This document shows positions 16,662 through 21,989 of a DNA stretch of 21,989 nucleotides, one piece after another. The notes under the pieces were generated by a model. The model was given only the letters and a program-made list of their open reading frames with translations. It was not told the DNA's origin and did no database searches. The DNA is from Candidatus Omnitrophota bacterium (GTDB lineage: Bacteria; Omnitrophota; Gorgyraeia; Gygaellales; Profunditerraquicolaceae): NCBI GenBank assembly GCA_049517335.1, contig JBEKSD010000018.1, positions 1 to 21,989 on the forward strand. The letters run 5' to 3'. The number at the start of each line of letters is the position of its first letter. The first letter of the stretch is position 1. Made by a program: the position numbers and the translations under genes.

Positions 16662-17117
16662 TCACTTTCTCCTGAACTTCATTACCCTACGCATCTCAAG
16701 GTCTATCTCACGGTTCTTCAAATCCTCGCGCTTATCGTAAAGCTTTTTTCCTTTACAAAGGGCTAGCTCAAGCTTAGCAAAACCCCGGGCGTTAAAATAA
16801 ACCTTTAAAGGTATAAGCGTTAACCCCTTCTGCGTAAGCTGGCCGGAAAGCCTTATGATCTGTTTCTTATGTAAGAGTAACTTCCGGACCCGGGTCGGTT
16901 CGACATTCATGTAACTTGCTTCTGCATAAGGGCTGATATGTGTATTATACAAAAGGATCTCGCCCTTTTCCAAACGCGCGAAGCTATCATTTAAGTTAAT
17001 CTTGCCGTCCCTTATGGACTTGACTTCCGAACCTTTAAGTTCTACCCCACACTCAACAGTTTCTAAGACATCAAAGTCTTTGAACGCCTTGCGGTTAGTT
17101 ATTGTGGCGTCACTCAT
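16662..17117 (-). CDS. smpB: SsrA-binding protein
   Basis: 'NRKA', 'GVELKGSEVKSIR', 'RKLLLHK', 'GLTLIPL', 'GKKLYDKR'. Confidence 0.98.
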   Translation of the reverse strand: MSDATITNRKAFKDFDVLETVECGVELKGSEVKSIRDGKINLNDSFARLEKGEILLYNTHISPYAEASYMNVEPTRVRKLLLHKKQIIRLSGQLTQKGLTLIPLKVYFNARGFAKLELALCKGKKLYDKREDLKNREIDLEMRRVMKFRRK

Positions 17118-18070
17118 TTTAACATGTTAAACATAAAATACAAACTCAAAAGTAAAGGCAGAGTAAGTATACTGAAAATATGGCCGAAAAACAACCCCTG
17201 GCTGATCAAAAGATCCTCTTTTTTATAATGCCGGATGATCACGGAAAGATTGGCCGCAGGAGGCATAGCCAGCTGAATGAATATCAATATAGATATCAAA
17301 GGCGCAAGCTTAACATGAAGCAAGAATAAAATACCCAATAAAGGAAGCACTATCAATTTCGCCAATACCACCAAGCACATTGCTTTTTTATCAATACGGC
17401 TCAAATGGATTTGCGCGATATTCCCTCCAACAACCAGCATAGCAAGGGGCAAGGTGCACTCGCCTATTAAATTAAGCGGCTTAAATACAAAATCAGGGAT
17501 AAATGTATTGAGCCTAAAAAAGACCAATATCATGCTTAAGATTGTAGCGATAACCGGAGGGTTAAATAAACTCATCCATTCGAATTTTTTGTCCTTTAAA
17601 AACGTAAGCATATAAACACCAACGGAAAAAGTAAAAAAGTTAAAACCGAGGAGAAAAAGGAACAAATAAATAAGCATGGGCCCAAGTAGGTCTTTGGGGA
17701 ATAATGCCGCAAAGAGCGCAAGCGGCAGATAGCCGGAGTTTTGAAATCCGATTAGGCTTATAAATTGAAGCTTATTCTGGTGCCCGCGGATAAAACCTGA
17801 AAATAAGAAACCGACGAACAGACCTAACGATGTTACCGCAAGGCTGATAAGCGGAAAAATCCACCACTCAGGGTAAAGCTTAAAACTAAAATCTTTGGTT
17901 AATTGGTAGAAAATTAAAATGGGCAAAGTGATATCGAGAGTTAAGCGGCTTAAAGCATCAAGGCCGTCATCGCCTAAAACTTTCTTCTTGGTCAGAAAAT
18001 ACCCTATTGCGCCCAGTATGATTATCTGCAGGACCGCCGAACCGGTAACCTTAAATGGCTCCAAAAACAT
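17114..18070 (-). CDS. AEC (auxin efflux carrier / malate permease) family transporter
   Basis: About 10 TM helices in two repeats. 'FQNSGYLPLAL', 'NPPVIA', 'PLAMLVVG', 'AMPPA'. Confidence 0.88.
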   Translation of the reverse strand: MFLEPFKVTGSAVLQIIILGAIGYFLTKKKVLGDDGLDALSRLTLDITLPILIFYQLTKDFSFKLYPEWWIFPLISLAVTSLGLFVGFLFSGFIRGHQNKLQFISLIGFQNSGYLPLALFAALFPKDLLGPMLIYLFLFLLGFNFFTFSVGVYMLTFLKDKKFEWMSLFNPPVIATILSMILVFFRLNTFIPDFVFKPLNLIGECTLPLAMLVVGGNIAQIHLSRIDKKAMCLVVLAKLIVLPLLGILFLLHVKLAPLISILIFIQLAMPPAANLSVIIRHYKKEDLLISQGLFFGHIFSILTLPLLLSLYFMFNMLK

Positions 18071-18099
18071 CTTTTCTCCCTTACATTTTAAGAGAAAAT

Positions 18100-18128
18100 A
18101 TTATACCAGTAAATCTTTCAGGGAGCAA
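18100..18128 (-). promoter_or_regulatory. Sigma70-type promoter for AEC-smpB-ssrA
   Basis: TTGCTC-17 nt-TATAAT with extended -10 TG. GGGAG ribosome site before ATG 18070. Confidence 0.65.
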
Positions 18129-18161
18129 TGCTTTTTGAAAAAACTAAAAGCCAAAACCCAG

Positions 18162-18185
18162 GGTCAGAGCCCAAAGGCTCTGACC
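18162..18185. repeat. REP-like hairpin between divergent promoters
   Basis: ggtcagagcc-caaa-ggctctgacc, perfect 10-bp stem, followed by a T run on the + strand. Confidence 0.65.
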
Positions 18186-18203
18186 TCTTTTTTAGGTTTG
18201 TGA

Positions 18204-18232
18204 TTGACATAATTATTTGAGTGGGTTATACT
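18204..18232 (+). promoter_or_regulatory. Sigma70 promoter of tRNA-Leu
   Basis: TTGACA-17 nt-TATACT, 12 nt upstream of the tRNA. Confidence 0.85.
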
Positions 18233-18244
18233 TGGATGGATTTT

Positions 18245-18325
18245 GCGGGGGTGGCGGAATGGCATACGCGCTGGTCTCAGAAGCCAGTGTCGCAAGACAT
18301 GAGGGTTCAACTCCCTCCTCCCGCA
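18245..18325 (+). tRNA. tRNA-Leu(CAG)
   Basis: GCGGGGG/CTCCCGC-A acceptor, CTGGT-CT-CAG-AA-GCCAG anticodon arm, long variable arm TGTC-GCAA-GACA, GGTTCAA T loop. CCA not encoded. Confidence 0.96.
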
Positions 18326-18493
18326 CTATTTAGTAGTATTCCCCCGAAAGCTTCACATCTAAGACAGAGAAAGACGAACTGACAATGGCAAAAAATGCCC
18401 AGAAGACTTTCTCAACCGCCTTCTTGAGCATAAGAAAAACGTAAAATAGAAAATACCTCCCTCAGAAATATAACTACCAATAGGGCATAAATT

Positions 18494-19846
18494 TTATTTG
18501 TGCGGCTGGTTCTCAATATTGATATAATCATCAAAACCCATACCTTCCCCTAACTCCATTTTGACTGCACGGATCCTATCGGGGACATAGGGATGAGTTT
18601 TATAATAGGAGATCTGCCTTAAAGGCTGCTTCTTTTCATATTGCCGTAATTTTATAAGAAAACGGATCATGCCATTGGGGTCGTAACCTGCGAGCTTTAA
18701 ATATTTAGTCCCCAGCTTATCAGCAAGGAATTCATCTTCCCTGCTGTAACCTAGCATTAACTGGGTAACCGCAATATCTGCTGCCACCCCCGCATCCGCA
18801 GTATTGGGGGTGACGGCTGTGAGTACCCTTAAAACAGAATATAACTGTTCTGCTTGAAGCCTCTTTATACTATGCCGGGCCACGATATGACCAACCTCAT
18901 GCCCAATAACCCCAGCTAGCTCACTGTCGTCATTTCCTGTCTTTTCAATCAAACCCTTAAAAATATAAACATATCCTCCGGGCAGGGAAAAAGCATTCAC
19001 ATCTTCTTCATTAAGTACGTAAAAATGATAATCTATATCTTTCCTATCGCAGACCGCGACAATTTTCTTCCCGATATCCTCTACACGTTTCTGAAGCAGG
19101 GGGTCGTCGGCTAATTTAAATTGCTCATGCACCTGCTTGTTTAAAGCTTTGCCCATCTGAACTTCTTTATCAGTAGAATAATAATAGACCTCCTGCTCTC
19201 CGGTAACGATGTTATACTCGGTAGAGCAGCCGCTTAAAATAGTCAATAGCAAAAAAACAAAAATCCTTATGCCGAACTTCTTAAGCATTAAATAGAGCTT
19301 CCGTACAGGTAGTCCCACTACATTGTAATAGCAGCCTTCAATGCGGCGGATGAAGAAAGCGCCCCTGCCCTGAATATCAAAACTTCCCGCTTTATCCAAA
19401 GGAGAAACTTTTTTAAAGTAACCGGATATTTCACGGCTGCTTAATTTATCCATGTATATTTTCGTTTTTTCATAATCCAGCAGGATTTTATCTTTATTCT
19501 TGCCCCTACCTTTACTTATTGCGCATATTCCCGTATAGAGCCATTGTGGCTTGGCAGATAATTTTTTAAGCATCCTTCGCGCATCAGCTAAATTTTTGGG
19601 TTTGCCGAAAATCTTATTATCCTGAACAATCAAGGTATCCGCGGCAATGACCAGCCCGCGCTTGATCCTTTGAGCTACATCCTGCGCTTTTAACAAAGCA
19701 TTCTTTTTAGCTAATCCGACATAGGATAATTTCCCTTTAGAGCTGATCTCTTTGGTCCGGCTGGAAAGGACTTTAAATTTTAAACCAAAATCCTTCAGGA
19801 TTTTCTTTCTTGCTTTTGAATTAGAAGCTAAATATATTTCTCCCAT
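18494..19846 (-). CDS. Fusion: Maf (YhdE-like) NTP pyrophosphatase + internal lipoprotein signal + M48 zinc metallopeptidase
   Basis: aa 1-~190 Maf ('LASNSKAR', 'AADT', 'GKP', 'DKAGSFDIQG', 'GCYYNVVGLP'). aa 187-207 signal with lipobox LSGC. C-half M48 ('NAFSLPGG', 'HEVGH', 'YSREDEFLAD', 'THP'). Confidence 0.9.
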   Translation of the reverse strand: MGEIYLASNSKARKKILKDFGLKFKVLSSRTKEISSKGKLSYVGLAKKNALLKAQDVAQRIKRGLVIAADTLIVQDNKIFGKPKNLADARRMLKKLSAKPQWLYTGICAISKGRGKNKDKILLDYEKTKIYMDKLSSREISGYFKKVSPLDKAGSFDIQGRGAFFIRRIEGCYYNVVGLPVRKLYLMLKKFGIRIFVFLLLTILSGCSTEYNIVTGEQEVYYYSTDKEVQMGKALNKQVHEQFKLADDPLLQKRVEDIGKKIVAVCDRKDIDYHFYVLNEEDVNAFSLPGGYVYIFKGLIEKTGNDDSELAGVIGHEVGHIVARHSIKRLQAEQLYSVLRVLTAVTPNTADAGVAADIAVTQLMLGYSREDEFLADKLGTKYLKLAGYDPNGMIRFLIKLRQYEKKQPLRQISYYKTHPYVPDRIRAVKMELGEGMGFDDYINIENQPHK

Positions 19847-19874
19847 TTTCTTTAAACTACGTATGTAGGACGGC

Positions 19875-21119
19875 TTAATTTAGAGCGGCGCTTTCGCCGG
19901 CTAAATAACCGGTAGAAAATGTCGCCTGTAAGTTAAAACCCCCTGTGTCCGCGTCCACGTCAATTATTTCACCGGCAAAATACAACCCCTTAATTATGCG
20001 CGATTCCATGGTGCGCGGGTTTATTTCTTTTAAAGACACTCCTCCCCGCGTTACCATCCCTGCTTCTATGGGTAAGCTGCGCTTAATCTCAAGGTGGAAA
20101 CGTTTAAGGAATAGAATCAACTTCCTGCGTTCTTCCTGCGTAACGTAGCTAGCCTGCTTGGTCGGGTCAATCTTTAATATTTCTAATGACAAACTCAGCA
20201 GCTTAAACGGCAGTAATTCTTTTAATATATTTTTTAAATTCTTTCTTGCCCCTGTCTTAAACTCGCGCAACAACCTTTCATCAAGCTGTTCTTCGGTTAA
20301 AGCCGGCTTTAAGTCTATATCCAGAAAAACGTTATCTCTCGTCCTAAGCCAGTCGGAAATTCTGCCGCTTAAGGTCAGGATCAGCGGCCCGGAAACGCCA
20401 AATCCCGTAAAAAGCAATTCCCCCACTTCCGAGGTAATTTCTTTCCTGCCGCAGGTAAAGGTAAGCCTGATATTCTTTAGCGTCAGCCCTTCTATTCTTT
20501 TAGGATAATTCTCTCTTGTCTCAAGAGGCACCAACCCCGGACTTAAATCCGTTATCCTATGCCCAAGCGCCTTGGCTATCCTTAAACCGTCTCCGCTTGA
20601 ACCGGTCAGAGGATAAGATATCCCTCCTGTAGCAAGGATGATTCTATCGCAGGGAATTTTTTTATTTGCGGTTATGACCGCTTCTTTTACTTTTCCGCCT
20701 TCCACAACAATATCTTTTACCTGCGCATTATAGATAACTTTAACATTATTTCTGATTAATTCAGAGCTTAACACATCTAAGACGCTTTTTGAAGAATCGG
20801 TAACCGGGAAAACCCTGAGCTGGCGCTCTGTTTTTAGCTTAAGGCCGTTTTGCTGGAAAAAATCAATTAACTCATGGTTAAAGAATTTCTTAAAACTGTC
20901 CCTTAAAAATTCTCCGCCCTTTGAGAATCTTTTTAGGAACGGTTCTAAACCGCAGGCGTTGGTAAGATTACACCTGCCTTTTCCGCTTAAGAGGAGTTTA
21001 TTACCGAGGGATGATTTCTTTTCAAGGAGGATTACTTTTTGGGCAAGTTCGCCGGCCCTGATTGCGGACATCATTCCTGCGGGGCCGCCGCCTACAATAA
21101 CGATTCTTTTCGTCTTCAC
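19875..21119 (-). CDS. HI0933/YhiN/BaiN family flavoprotein
   Basis: 'GGGPAG', 'KLLLSGKGRCNLTN', 'ATGG.SYP.TGSSGDG', 'VTRGGV', 'DADTGGFNLQ'. Confidence 0.93.
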   Translation of the reverse strand: MKTKRIVIVGGGPAGMMSAIRAGELAQKVILLEKKSSLGNKLLLSGKGRCNLTNACGLEPFLKRFSKGGEFLRDSFKKFFNHELIDFFQQNGLKLKTERQLRVFPVTDSSKSVLDVLSSELIRNNVKVIYNAQVKDIVVEGGKVKEAVITANKKIPCDRIILATGGISYPLTGSSGDGLRIAKALGHRITDLSPGLVPLETRENYPKRIEGLTLKNIRLTFTCGRKEITSEVGELLFTGFGVSGPLILTLSGRISDWLRTRDNVFLDIDLKPALTEEQLDERLLREFKTGARKNLKNILKELLPFKLLSLSLEILKIDPTKQASYVTQEERRKLILFLKRFHLEIKRSLPIEAGMVTRGGVSLKEINPRTMESRIIKGLYFAGEIIDVDADTGGFNLQATFSTGYLAGESAALN

Positions 21120-21134
21120 AAGGACCTTTATTCT

Positions 21135-21683
21135 TTAAAGACCGAATTCTTTTATCGTAAAAATCGGCTCCAGCTTCAAACCGGCCTTGGCTAAATTCTC
21201 TTGTGCGCCCTGAAGCCTGTCCACAATGACTATCGCGGTATCGGCTGTGATGCCTATCTTATCCAAAGCAGCTTTAGCCTCAATCAAGGCTTTTCCCGTA
21301 GTCGCGACGTCATCCACCAGGACTGCCTTTGCATTTTTTTCAAGCTCCGGCCCTTCAATCTGGCGCTGCGTGCCGTGCTCTTTAGCGGCTTTCCTGACAA
21401 TAAAAGTTTTGATGGGGATTTGTTTTATATGGCTTAATACCGCCACCGCTCCCACTATGGGGTCTGCACCTAAAGTCGGCCCGCCTACGGCGGTAATGCC
21501 CCGACCGTTAATCATCTCCAATATGATGCTAGCGGTTAGATACGCGCCTTCCGGGGTTAAAGTGATTATTCTTCCGTCCAGATAATAATTGCTTCTTTTG
21601 CCCGAAGATAAGGTAAAATCTCCCTTCTTTAGCGCTTCTTTGCTGAGGAGCGAGAATAATTTGTTTTTTAATTCTTCGTTCAT
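21135..21683 (-). CDS. pyrE: Orotate phosphoribosyltransferase
   Basis: 'GDFTLSSGKRSNYYLD', 'VRKAAKEHG', PRPP loop 'VLVDDVATTG'. Confidence 0.95.
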   Translation of the reverse strand: MNEELKNKLFSLLSKEALKKGDFTLSSGKRSNYYLDGRIITLTPEGAYLTASIILEMINGRGITAVGGPTLGADPIVGAVAVLSHIKQIPIKTFIVRKAAKEHGTQRQIEGPELEKNAKAVLVDDVATTGKALIEAKAALDKIGITADTAIVIVDRLQGAQENLAKAGLKLEPIFTIKEFGL

Positions 21684-21692
21684 AGTGGACTT

Positions 21693-21721
21693 ATTCTACT
21701 ATCTTAAATTACCCGTGTCAA
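21693..21721 (-). promoter_or_regulatory. Sigma70 promoter of pyrE
   Basis: TTGACA-17 nt-TAGAAT, ending 9 nt before the ATG. Confidence 0.8.
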
Positions 21722-21735
21722 TTCAAAACCGGCCC

Positions 21736-21987
21736 CTAGGTTTTAGGGTTTAATTGTAAAAGATACGCATTGCCGAATTGCTTAAATAGAGAAAACCCAT
21801 ATTCCTTTTCAAATTCCTCTTTAATAAAATCCGCATAATGCTTATTGAGGATAAAAAACGTACCCGGGTGTTTGGCCAGATAGGTTTTGATTTTAGCCGC
21901 CGAATCCAAAAACAGAATCGGATGCGGGCTAAAGAAGTTTGTAGGGGGCATGCTGAGTATCAGGACGTCTTTATCCGTATAATACTT
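21736..21987 (-). CDS. 3' end of a CDS entering from beyond the window (function uncertain; possibly the soluble tail of a membrane glycosyltransferase)
   Basis: The frame is open to the window edge (KYYTDKDVLILSMPPTNFFSPHPI...). Confidence 0.55.
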   Translation of the reverse strand, partial: KYYTDKDVLILSMPPTNFFSPHPILFLDSAAKIKTYLAKHPGTFFILNKHYADFIKEEFEKEYGFSLFKQFGNAYLLQLNPKT

Positions 21988-21989
21988 TA

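Noticed and set aside
18330-18450. Short plus-strand frame '...CPEDFLNRLLEHKKNVK' after tRNA-Leu as a GIY-YIG remnant
   Set aside because: Similarity is limited to a few residues and there is no start.
1-21989. CRISPR array, rRNA or preQ1 riboswitch
   Set aside because: No regularly spaced repeats, rRNA-like sequence or preQ1 consensus seen by eye.

Overview
Bacterial chromosomal segment. The gene set and repeat style suggest a PVC-group lineage such as Ca. Omnitrophota, but that is inference only. Most genes lie on the minus strand. Core blocks are pyrE - HI0933 flavoprotein - Maf/M48 fusion; tRNA-Leu; AEC permease - smpB - ssrA (tmRNA); and a tightly coupled run amidase - murI - queD - queC - queE - queF - fumarase alpha/beta - rph - rdgB - tRNA-Pro - tRNA-Arg - AsmA-like - receiver - GIY-YIG - tRNA-His. 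Two accessory regions sit at the 3' ends of stable RNA genes. One is a ~5 kb decayed large-serine-recombinase island after ssrA that keeps an intact GT2 + DUF2079 glycosylation pair. The other is the edge of a conjugative-type element (HTH protein + TraG_N-like gene) after tRNA-His. The two most unusual observations are a 411-nt tmRNA encoding a 29-codon tag ending in -YAVSPF rather than -AA, and an in-frame Maf::lipoprotein signal::M48 peptidase fusion. All calls come from motif recognition by eye; no searches were run.
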